Of a stretch of 64,000 nucleotides of DNA, positions 41,580 through 54,300 are shown in pieces. A model generated the notes under the pieces. It worked only from the letters and a program-made list of their open reading frames with translations. It searched no databases and had not been told where the DNA came from. Location: the NCBI RefSeq assembly GCF_003704095.1, contig NW_020843646.1, positions 1 to 64,000 of the forward strand, written 5' to 3'. The translations under genes and the position numbers were made by a program. The first letter of the stretch is position 1. Each line of letters opens with the position of its first letter. The DNA comes from Pocillopora damicornis (taxonomy: Eukaryota).

Positions 41580-42404
41580 AGCGGGTTGCATAAGAACGTT
41601 GGATTTAAGTTACAGAAATAACACTAGTGGATGAGAGGACAGATAAAAGTTTTGAAGGTTTTAGTCATTTCATATTCAAATGAATGCTATGTTTTCAGAA
41701 AATTATCACAGAATTTCAATTATATTTGGAACTCTCTTGAATATTTTTTAACAAAGCTGTGGTAGCATTTCATATGAGAACCAGAAAACAGATTCTTTGG
41801 TGGTAAAAACTCGAACAATGATTTGCTGTGATTATCCTCGGAACATTTTAATATACAGGAGAACTTGAACTAATTTTTAGCGCCAGCTTTTATTTGGGAT
41901 GCATGCCTTTTTTACATAGATATATTAAAGCAGCATGTGTTTGTAAATATACTTTTATAAATTTTTCCATGCAATAGTCAGAGCGAAATGATCAAAATTG
42001 AGGAAAATATATCGTAATAAAAGTTTTTTTAAAGATATAAATATGAACTGTTTTTACGACACAGTGTGGGATTAATTATCGACTATGAGGTGCTATGCGG
42101 AATGGTACCTGTATAAGGTGATTTCTTTTCTCGATCGATTCTCTCGGCTGCAGAGTTCAGACGTCAATAAGCCCTAATTCAGATAACCATTTTTCGGTTC
42201 AAGTTGAGTGTTAAGAGGCTAGGGTTATTGTTAGAGTTTGAGGCTGGCTTAAGGGTTAGGGTTACGACTCCACAAAAGAAAATGCACGCGTTGGCATACC
42301 TTTTTGGTTGTTGTGGTTTGTAATCTATACGTTGGAGATTCAACCGCAGCAACATAAGTTCATACGTTCCAAGAGGCCTGTTGTATCCTTGGTTTAGTAT
42401 GAGA

Positions 42405-42660
42405 GGGATACGTTTCTAAAGAAACTGTGGTACTGCGTCAGTAGGGGAGTACAACAAGATAATTTAATTTTATCAACTGAGTTGATAATCTAAATTAGCC
42501 ACCGTAAAGAGTGTTAATGCTGACGTTTCGAGCGTTAGCCCTTCGTCAGAGAGAAAGGCGAATCGTTCTGACGAAGGGCTAACGCCCGAAACAGTTTTTA
42601 TGCTCTTTACGTCGGCTCATTTACATTATCAACTCAGTTGATAAAACTAAATGATCTAAA
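42405..42660. mobile_element. Palindromic repeat with inverted minimal hammerhead-like motifs (Penelope-like terminal repeat)
   Basis: Arms TTATCAACTGAGTTGATAA...GCTGACGTTTCGAGCGTTAGCCCTTCGTCAG and CTGACGAAGGGCTAACGCCCGAAAC...TTATCAACTCAGTTGATAA; CTGANGA..GAAA core present. Confidence 0.7.
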
Positions 42661-44465
42661 TATCCATACATGCTTCTAGGCAGGCATAACGTTTGGTGTC
42701 TTGGAGACTATAATTCTATGTGCAGCAGACTATTTGCCGAACGCCTCTCGCGTATCGTTGTCACGTGATTATTTTGCTTTTATGCCGATTGGAAGTTGTA
42801 TCATGTCGTTTTACTGCTATGAGTTTTTGCTTAAAATAGAATGATGTAGTTATCTTCTAGACCAACGTCGGCTTTTTATCATCCTATATCCAAGCAAGCA
42901 CATGGTGAATGACTGCCTATGCCTTGCCTTGTTAAACAAAAGCCAAGGAAATAAGCTCCATCTACGACGAATGATGCAAAAAAAACTCTTCGGTAAAATA
43001 GGTAACAGGTTCTCAGATTAGGTGAAGCTAAGTAACTCTTTAAACAGTTAGTACGTCTAACAGGTTTGGGCTTTTCCGACCTTTATGGGAGCAGGGAATT
43101 ATTCAAAGCAGTAGAAGGCGTAATGCGCTCCTTTTTATCCAAAAACGTATTTATCGTTATATTAATTCCAAAGATAAGTTTTTTCCTTTACATACGTTCC
43201 CTAAAAAATTAGGAAAAAGTTTAGAGTGATCACTTTTTCAGTTTTGCCTGATACACTTTTGTTGTCAGACTGTTGTTGGGTTGCGTCTTTTCTGTTTCTT
43301 TGATCTGTTTCAGTAAGATATTTGGCTGACAGAGAATCACGGAAGGCAATCAATATCCTCCAAAATGGTTCGGTCGCATGGTTCTGATCGTTGAAATTCC
43401 TTAATCAAAAAGAATAACATTTGAAGAAGGTTCTTTCCGGGGTTTTAGGTACATCGCTATATTAGATCTCAGTAATATTGAATCTGCTAGATATCTTTCA
43501 GAGAGCTGGGAGAAACCACAACTTCTCTCGGGGAAAAAGTAAAAGGAACTTGTCACATGACAGTCAAGGAACATTAAGTTTTAAACACTTAACTTTATTT
43601 ATTCATTTTCTTTCTTTAAGCCGGTAAACCCTTACAAGTACAAGGTTATCCAATACTCTCATTTGCATTACAACCAAGTGGAAATAAATTGTTTAAATAA
43701 ATAAATAAATATATCGAGATTTTCTATTTACACTTTAATGTCAGGCCTATGGATCCTGACCATCCCCTGGAAACGACGGATGGTACACTTTCATTAATAG
43801 ATGAAAACTAACAACACTATTTTATCAAAATACTATGATTGTTTCATCTATATTGTTTCATTATAGAATTATAAAAATACAGGTAGCTATATGAAAATTT
43901 TCGTTCATTTGCAGTTGTATCTGTGTAAAACAAAAGAAAAAACTGCGTCGTCCAAACGCCAAGCGTTGAAAAGTAACTATTTTCGTCTTCCTTTATACCA
44001 TGTAATAACACTCATAGAATGACACAATTTTATCAAAGACACATCTGTTAGTGGTTACGTTCCATCTATGTTTTTCTGTTCGACGCCCTCTCATGGGCAC
44101 TCTTGAAGAACGAGCAGTAAACTCAGGGAGCGGTGCATGGGGTGATTTTGAAACATGGCAACATGGCTTATTTGAGATGCACTTAGTTAGATTTTGTAGC
44201 TGTTTAGGTGCGCTAATGAACAGGAACCTCAGCAAAACAATGGAGAGGAGAGACCTGGCTGTTGTGACTCTTAATTTATAAGTAAAACTGCGAAAACAAC
44301 TTCAAAAAGTCAAGACACAAATAAGCCTGAAAAAGGTCGTGAGGTGCCCCTACAAAGTGTCATGGTTCATCAATGACGCCTTTCTTAAAAAAGTCGTAAA
44401 CTGCTCGCACCCGAGTGATTTTTTTAGTACTTAACCCTCTGTAGAAAAACAAAATCTATTGCGTC

Positions 44466-45377
44466 CTAAACAGCTGTCTTGGTATTGTTTTTCATGACTT
44501 CTTCAATCCAAGGTCTGAAATGAAGAGTATCGGAAAATACTCCTGGGTCACCGTTGTGCATACAACCTTCGTTTGTCCAACTTGTAACACCCATTAAATA
44601 CCAGCGGCCGTCTCTTTCACAGGCTAGCGGCCCACCACTGTCTCCTCGACATGTGCCTCGACTCTGACCCAGAGTTCCTGCGCAGCGCATGTCCGGTGTC
44701 ACACTTTGTATACCTACGTAATGGTTTTTGCAGACCGTGTGGTTCATCAGTGGGACAGTGGTTTCTTGAAGAATGTCTGATGGAGAACCCAAAGGTCCCA
44801 GATATCCCCACCCAGTAACATAACAAGAGGTACCGACATCAAAATCAAAATCTGGGAGGCAGATCGGTGACACGTGAGGACCAAACAGAATGGGTTGTTG
44901 CATTTTTATCAGAGCGATGTCGTTTTGTAGGTCAATATCGTCAAAGTTCTCGTGTAAAAATATCTTTTCTACTGGAATGTTCTGTTCACTTCCTTCATTG
45001 ATACCCCTGTGAAGTTCTCCTGAAAATTTAAAAACATCCCGTGAGTGAAAGAACATTGAATACAATTTGAAATATTCCAACTAAACCAGAGGGAGCATTC
45101 GCAGCACCTCTTGAGTAATCTAAGTGACTTGAATGCTTACCAACAGTGACATTAAAATTGGCTGGGGGTTTTTCTTGAAGCTCACGTTTCAGACAGTGAG
45201 CTGCAGTGACAATCCAGTAATGATCCAAGATGGAACCACCGCAAAGATGAGGGATGCTTTCGGTGTTATCAGAGTATCCTAGCTGTACCTGCCACGGCCA
45301 TTCCCCAAGTTTAGCGTAAGCTCCAGCCACAATCTGAGGCGACCAGGTATGATGTACTCGTTTAGCACCACACGGTC
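44466..45377 (-). CDS. G4 S1A protease domain, 2 exons
   Basis: SPQ|[29 protein letters not shown]; catalytic triad intact. Confidence 0.95.
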
Positions 45378-48300
45378 CTGTTTTACAAAAGAGACAAAAT
45401 GAAACAACACCGAAAAAGCCGTTTACAGACTGAGGAAACTTTCCGATATTTAGCAACTAACCTAGTGGTGCGAAAAGTTTCCTTTAGAGCCAAAGTGTCC
45501 CATAATGCAATTCTTCATTTTATTTTTTAAATCTATTTTTTCTCATAATAGATTGGCTTAAAAATCTGTCAGCTACTACTAGATGTTAAAAAGTAAAAAA
45601 ATTACACACCTGTAAAGGTCACGTTTAAAGTTGCCCTTTCGCCTTCACCAAACTCGTTGTAAGGTATACAGACGTAAGATCCATTATGTTCAGCCAGGGC
45701 GTGTGTGATGTTAAGAACGCCGCTGGAAGTATTGGACACAAGGATGCTATCGTGGTAAATTTTATACGATGTAACCGGTGGGTTGGCTTTGGCAGTGCAA
45801 TTCAAGATCAGTGATGAGTTGATTATTGCCACATTATCTGGAATTGATGCCTCCAGTCTGGTGTTGTATGGTTTATCTGTAAAAGAGAGAAAAAATTCAA
45901 CCTCAGTGAGTACGACTCAAACATGTGATAACATTATTATTGACACCGCCTACTCTAAGGCTGTATTCATTGGTATTCATATTGAGTAGTATGGTACAGT
46001 GAAACCCTGTTATAAAGGGGCTTGTGATAGTGAGGTCCCGCGTTTCAGTTGCACTTTATTTAAAGAGGATAGCATCCCATAGAGCTCCAAACTATGTTAA
46101 CTTAGATCTAGATCGTAGCCTGAGCTAGAGAACTAACTGAATATAAATTGATGTATCCCATATCAAATAACAGGTTTGTACTTACACAGCACATTCAAAA
46201 CAGCTCCTGCAGTATCAGGAAGCCCAAGTCCATTATGAGCTGTGCAGATGTACGTTCCTCCGTCGTATCGACTCACATTTTTTATAACAAGCTGTTCGCC
46301 TGATTGATATACTTTACTGTTGTCTCCGAGCTTACTCCATGAGATCATGGTATGGAGATGGTCATATGGAGCATATGAAGTGGCATTACAGAAAAAAGAC
46401 ACACTTGTGCTTTCATTGGCGGTTATATTTCGTGGAGAATAAATAATGGAGAACGCACCTGAATAAAAAAAAAATTAAATCGGATTATATCTTTCTTTAA
46501 GAATAATCAAGTCTCATGAAGCTCAATCCTGTTTTCAGTTTTCTCGCATTGCCATGAGACCGGAAGGCCCTGGAGACATCTTGAATGGAAAGTGATTCTA
46601 ATTCATTTGACGATTACTCACCGATGACAAAAACCTGGATAGTGCCGTTGAAACCGGAGCCAAGAGTGTTAAGTGGTACACATAAGTAGGTTCCCGCATC
46701 AAAATATCTGGCCTTCTGAATGACATATACTCCACTGAGACTCGTTCTGAGGTAGATACCATCGCGATAAAACTGATACTGACTAGGAGGGGGATTGGCA
46801 TCAGTTATGCACGTCAATGCAATGCGACCATTTCCAACGACTACTCCATTTAGTCTGTCGGTGGTTAGTCTTGTCGATGAAGGATGATCTTGAAAAGAAG
46901 GTAAAATTTTAGAACAACAGGAGAGGCATTTATTTTATTTGATGTAAAATGCTCTCAAAAAGTAGACTGTTTTTAACTCTATTGTCTGAACATCACGAAG
47001 GAAATGATTGCGCTGAGTCTCGGGGCTCCAGAGCATGGAGCCACTTTAAATACATCTTCCATTCTTAGCTGTTATGCAAGCCATTCGCCAGCACTGGACG
47101 AAAAGTCTTTAAAATAATATGTAAATACTTATTGATAGTCCTCGAATAAAAAGGAGGACTGCCACGGGAGGGAGGTGTCCTGGAAAAGACACATGGACAC
47201 ACAATCCATAGACCTCTGAGAAGAACCAAAAGCCAAGTATTTAAACGTTTACTGGTTGAAATCAGCGGCGATAAATTTGAGATCAGTGCATTTTGGTCAC
47301 TCAGTTCTGTCCCTGTTAACGACTTTTATATAGGATTCTGCAAACTTGTATGGCAGTAATCCCAGAATCATTACACGTGTGATAAAAAATACTTCATTCT
47401 ACAATTTCAAGATTCCAGAATATTCTTAACTTACAAAGCACGTTCAAATATGCCGATTTAGAGACGGGACTTCGCACTCCGTTATCAGCAACGCATCTGT
47501 ATTCACCCCGATGTGATCTGTCAGCAGATAAGATTACTAGAGTATTTCCGGATGCCACTATTTTTCCATCTCTTTCTCTTATCCAGGACAGCCGTGGAGC
47601 TGGTTTCCCTGTGGCATTACAGTACAGGGTGACATTTTTTCTTTCCTTTTCCATGACAGTAATGTTTTGTGGACTGTGGATAATACTCGCTGCAACTACA
47701 AAAGTAGTTAAACCTTAGGATGATGTTAGTTTCACTCATATACCTTCAAAAACCAATGATGCCTCTGATATAGGTTTGTTTGTCACATTAATATGGCTCA
47801 CTTAATATTAAACTTACAGTTGTCCACCGCCACCATTGCAACGGCTGAAACAATCTCGCCACGCACGCTCACAGCTGTACATTGGTAGCTCCCAAAGTCT
47901 GATATCTCAGCCTTTGTTATCCTCANNNNNNNNNNNNNNNNNNNNNNNNNNNNNNNNNNNNNNNNNNNNNNNNNNNNNNNNNNNNNNNNNNNNNNNNNNN
48001 NNNNNNNNNNNNNNNNNNNNNNNNNTCTTTTCGCACTCTGTATTTTCCTGGAACTCGACATCGTCGATAGCGATATCACTGCGTGGAGTGCTGCCGACGA
48101 CACCTTCAAATATCACCTGCAAAAAAAATTGTTGAAGACATCAAAAATCTAATAATCACATGCGAATGTTTCAAAAACATAAAATGATACTAATCGATCG
48201 GGTGAGGGTAGTCCTGAAAAGGACTGTTGTCGGTAAAAATGACTGACACTGTAACAACCAAGAGCGGAAGTCGTTCGGTTTGGTTTGCTTGCTATGTGAA

Positions 48301-51300
48301 TGTCGCCAACAGCCAGAGGTAATTTTTATGGTGCTGTTAGTTGTTGTTCACATTTTTTGAGGGGAGTCTTCCATAGCCACACCGTAGATGTGTTAACTGC
48401 CTGGTCTGCATACCTGTTTATAGTGCCTTCATAACAAACAAGGGATCCATATCACCTTGCTTTGAATTTTCCGACAAGATTTGTCCAGATGTGCGACGTT
48501 GGATTAACATTCACATTATTAGTCACCAGCGCTAGTAATTAACTAAACTCTCTTACCAAAACCCAATTAAATAGACCATGATATCAGCTAAATATAGGGA
48601 ATCGTTTTAAGTCTTTCAATTTCAAAAGAAGAGTTTCACTAACGATATATTTCTTGCTTGTTTAAATTTTGTGGATCACTGAAAAAGTAAAACTATCTTA
48701 CCCTATAAGTGTCGTTAAAATAAAGAGGCAATGTCGCTTTGTGCCAGTCGTTTCCCTGGTTGCCTGAAAGCTCCCACAAAACTTGATCTCCAACCTTTAC
48801 TCTGAGTGTGTGAATAGCCTGCCCATACATATGATAATAGAACACCATACACGTCGTGTTGCCATTGCTAGCTATGCGTGGAGACTCTATCGTCGAAACG
48901 TCACCGAAGGTTTGTCCAGAAGCTTCTACGTACATGTAAAATCCTGTAATAAAAGCGTTTAGGGTATTGATTTTGTTTCCTTCCAAATTAGGTAATGGAG
49001 TAGTTAATATGGCTAAAATAGATTTTGCCTTCTCTTTAAACATTTACTTTATAGTAGCGACTTTTTTATTTTAAAAATATTTTTAAAATGGTTTAACATT
49101 TTTTGGAAAATTCTGTGAAAAGTTAATTAAAAAAGGACTGCTGGGAAAGAATTGCGATTCTTAGCATAAACCATTGCATGAGAAGTGATAATACCAAATG
49201 CTCTCACCAAATCCAGAGGTGTGATCTTGAGAGGGTCCTGTGTTGCCAGTAACAGTTGGACCAAATTTTCTTGTCCATGCGAGACTCCGGCTGTCTGCTG
49301 AAGTTTCCCAGCCACAATACCAGATGTCAAAATTACAGCTTGCATCTAAAAGAATACATTTCGTTACCAACAAACATTGATTTTATGAGTTAAACGAAAA
49401 TGTAGAACAACCTTATGTAAATTGAGCGAACTAGCTTATTCTTATCCCAAACGGATATATTGGGACGTCACACCACACGCTTTAGAAATGGAAAGAACAT
49501 ATTTTATATTTTATCCTCTAGACTTGAATCAAATTTCTTGGGATAGGGGATAGCACTAGACGTTAACTAACGATTTCCCTCTCAGCTCCGACGCGTACCG
49601 AACATTCCTTTTTTTAACAGCTTGTCATAAATACAGTTGTCAACGAGTGAAAGTTGCCTATTCGTTCCTTTTACATGCTATAGTCGCACCTAAGAAGATA
49701 CTGTAGTGATTACCAACATGACAACCTTACCCTTTGCATTCACAGTGTAATCATAAGCACATTCTACCCCCACATCTTTCGTGTGATCACAGTTACTGTT
49801 TCCCCAACCAGCATGTGGACAAGCTGCGAGCGTGCTCTCATTTCCCGTGCAGTTGACGTCATCTAGCCATATTGGCCCATCAATGGCACTCCCAGAAATT
49901 GTACTGTTGAAGAAGTCAAAAGCTTCCGGGTAGCCCAGCATACGACACACCACGTGGGCATCATTGATATCCCAATGATCTTGACATATCGTACCCCACT
50001 GGCCATTGTAGTAAAGTGAAACACGACCTTCATTTGGAAAGTTTCCATCCAACAGCTCAAGCTCTATCACTGATGATGAGTAATAATAAACCATTGCTTG
50101 TGAAAGTGTTGTTGCCTCAGCCAACTTAAAGCTGTGTCTTTCATCGTCCAAACTTCAGGAAATTGGCTTTTTTATTATAAGAAGTTTGAATAATCAAATG
50201 ACACTTGCTAATATCTAGGAAAATTGTTAAATTCCTGAAGAGATTTAGAGAGAATTATCGTACAGCTCTGCGTGCAGCTGCTTCACACTATTCAATGTAA
50301 ATAAGTGGGGTTGCATGAAGAAATAAGCTTGCTCAAGATTATTCTGTATTTAACAATATTAGAAGATAACAATGCACCTTATGCCACAGCATTTTCCAAA
50401 CTGTAGAATGTGTGTTAATTTTACTGCAGATGTCATTTATGCGTTCCAGTGGCAAACGCAGTTAACGTAATTGTTTCCTCGTTCCTTCTATGAAAAGTGA
50501 CGTTCCCTTTAAATATAAAGCCTACAGTATACGCACGACACATACACATGCCAAACCCTTGTTTATACCTGGATATTTCTCTTTACACACAACACCTGCA
50601 TCATGATCATGGCTGCAGTTATGCGAACCCCATCCTCTGAATGAACACGAAGCCACCGAAGACTCTTTCCCACTGCACCATAAATCATCAAGTAAAATTT
50701 TCTGGCTGGTATTTCCGGCGCCAAATCTTCCTTTCACTTCAGCAGATACAGCCCCGGGAAAACCCGCCATTCGACAAATGACGTCTGCATCTTGAATATC
50801 AAAAAGGTCGCGACACACGGTTCCCCATTCACCGTTGTAGTTGACCTCCACACGACCTTCTCTTTCACTTAACCCATTTACTAATCGAGCATAAACAGCT
50901 GTAGTGATAAAATTTTAAAAAATGTTACTAAAAGGGTAAAGATTCTTCCGCGCGAAAAATTATTACATGTAGCCAGGGAAAACTGCGGTTCTTAGCGTTG
51001 AATCTTTGTAAAGAGGAAAACACAACACAAAGTACCCGTAAGTTTAACCTCTTAACGCGGGTCGTGGTCACCCTTCCTATGATCCCAAAGGATTGCTTTT
51101 ATTTTTCAACTTTTATATAACGACCGTTAAGCGGAAGAAAATATCAGAACTACATGACCATTTTAAGAAAAAGATAAATTCTTCATAAATCCATTCCAAC
51201 GTAGCGGAAGAAAAGGCGTGAAAATTCAAAGAATTCCTAAAATAAAATTTTATTTTCCGCGAGTGACCATGTAATTGAGGTTTCACCGCATAACAGATGG

Positions 51301-54300
51301 CAAAGCATCGACATTTATTAGACAAAGCATACATACTAGGCAGTCCAACTGGTTTGTTAGTATCATTTACTACTGTGGAATCTGGAAATCCGTTTGGCCG
51401 CAGTGAATCACCGCAAATTACTCCTGCGTCTTCCTCATGATCACAGTTATGAGCCAACCAACCATTGTGACCACATTCAATAAGGGAACTTTCATTTCCA
51501 AGGCAATTAACATTGTCGAGCCAGATGGGTCCCGTTCCGTAAAATTCACTTGCGTTCTGTTCTTTCATAAGCACGCCAAACGAGAGTGCTTGCCAAGCAT
51601 CCTTAAAGCCAAGCATTCGACAAACTACAGTGGCGTCATTGATATCCCAATCGTCATCGCAGACCGTGCCCCAGATTCCATTGTGATAGATCTCTACCCG
51701 GCCATACACATCATCTCCATCTCTCAATCGCACAATTGGTGCTATTAAATCAAAATAAAGCAGAGTAGTTCAGTCATTTCATTTCATTTCTTTTTTGTTT
51801 TAATTTTTTTTTTCATTTTATTTGTCTAAAATACCCTCTACAATATTTCTGTACTGACACTACACCGAAAAAAGCATTAGCTAATCTAGGCGGGTAGTGT
51901 TGAGGTACTTAATTATACTAAATACAGAATTTTATTAATTACAAAATCATACTAATTATAAAAATTAATGAAGAGAAAGATGGATAAATTGGAAAAAAAG
52001 TATTAGTAAAGAATGTCACTATAAAATGAATTATCTATTAAAAGTCTGAATGAAAATAATGCTCATGCAACAAACCACGACAGACAGTTATCACCAGGGG
52101 AACTAATTAAACTTCCAAGTACATACAATACAAAGGATACTTTAGACGTCAGTGTTTTGACCTGCTTTTTCTTGAGTCTGCTTCTAATTTCTCACAAGGC
52201 ACTCATATTCATATTTTGAAACTCATTGATTTAGTTGAAGAATTAAATTTCAATAAAACAGTGAAGTGTATTCAGTTGCAAACTGCGCATTAAGGAATTA
52301 CCTTTAATTTTCTCCTTGCAAACTACACCAGCATCTTCACTGTGATTACAGTTACTTGATCCCCATCTTCTGAATGAACAGGTAGCTAATGAGGTCTCCT
52401 GTCCAGTGCACCATAAGTCATCAAGCAAAATCTTCTGAGTGGAATTACCTGGACCGAATCTTCCTCCTACCTCTGCAGATACTGCTCCAGGGAAGCCCAT
52501 CATTCTACATACGACTTCCGCATCTCGAATGTCAAAATCATGGTTGCACACAGTTCCCCATTCTCCATTGTAGAAAACCTCGACCCTACCTTCCCGATCA
52601 CTTGATCCATTGACTAATTGAACTTGAACAGCTAAGTTGAGGAAAAAAATAAACTCAATATTATGATAAATTGGAAATGTATGATAAAAGGATGAAAAAC
52701 AAGCGGGAAAGACTTTGCTCCTGGGTGCACTCTACTTTGGTCTCACGATTTTTTTTCTATGGTGGTAGCACACGAAGTTCTCAAATAGTCTTCAATTGTA
52801 ACACAAAGTGATATTTCTAGTTTTGTTGTGACCGTCCACATGCGATAAAGAAAGAAAATCTGAGCACACTACGAGGAATCGAGCCTCTGACCATCGCTGT
52901 TACACACGAGAGCTAGCCTACACATTGAACATCTAAAGAACGCAAAAATTCTATTAAATAAATGTTATGTCTAAGGACATAAACAAACACGAACAAATAG
53001 AATAGTTCCTTAGGTTTTTCAGTGACATATAAGCACATTCATGATACTTACACGGTGGTCTAACAGGCTTGTTTATGTCAGGGACCACTGTTGATTCAGG
53101 AATATCTGCCCCCCTTGTTTTATTACCACACCAAACTCCAGCATCTTCCAAGTGATCGCAATTGTGAACCAACCAACCACTATGGCCACACTCGTTTAGA
53201 GAACTCTCGTTTCCGAAACAATTAACATCATCGAGCCAAATGGGTCCTGTACCATAAAGATCTAGTTCGTCTTTGGTAATTTCCACAGCAAATGAGATGG
53301 CAGTCCAAGCGTATTTGAAGCCAAGCATTCGACAAACTACAGCAGTATCGTTGATATCCCAACTATCATCGCACACTGTACCCCAAGTACCATTATGATA
53401 GATCTCCACTCGCCCGAAATCAGGAGAGCCACCATCTCTCAAACGCACCATCGGAGCTGTTTAATTGAATGAAAATAGCGCATTCTTTATCTGATTCAAA
53501 TCTACGTACATGTTTTTTTTTAATAGGAAATTCTTTTATAGAAATATAAGAGCATTTTTCTCCTCTCTTTTAAATAACTAGTGTGTAATACTCGACAATG
53601 AAAAGGAGTCTAATCGAATCAGACATAGCACAACTCAAATGCACGCATGTTGAGGGAAAACTAAAAGGGATGTTCAGTCAAAAAGAGTCTGCTAAGGAAA
53701 GAGAACAATGATGATGCTGACATACCGGGCGGAAAAGTTGGAGTGGCTGAGCTCTGCATCACGGTCAGTGAAGGTGAACTTGGCGATATCACTGTGGGAA
53801 CAACTATTGTAAAAGAGCTTCCTGGTGACATTGTCACTTGAGTTGCAGTGGAAGTAGTTGGTGTCGACAAGGCTCCAGCACTCGACAAATGCAATGATGA
53901 AGATTTCTGCCCTTTCAACAAAACAGCGCTAGAAGAAATTGATGATGAAATTGGTTGCGCGGTTGTTTTCACAATTAAGTGTGAAGCTGACTGTTCTGCT
54001 GTGGAGGGAGTCTTTTGTGACTGCCGTGGTTTCACACTGGAAATTCGTAAGGGTTTCTTTGTGGGTTTTTCTGTTGCTGGACTGTGACATATAACTTCAG
54101 CATCTTGGGTATGATCGCACTCATTGACACCCCATCCACTATGGCTGCATTCAGATAACGTGTCTTCTTGACCCGTACACGACAGATCACTTAACCAGAT
54201 CGGATCACGCCCCCCTGAATTCTTAGTGCAACAGCCAGCCGTCCAAGCCCCAGGGAATCCCAACATTCGACAAACAACTGACGCGTCTGGCATATCCCAG

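Noticed and set aside
48195-48275. Another hammerhead-type repeat remnant
   Set aside because: Resembles a common anthozoan repeat, but the catalytic core is not recognisable
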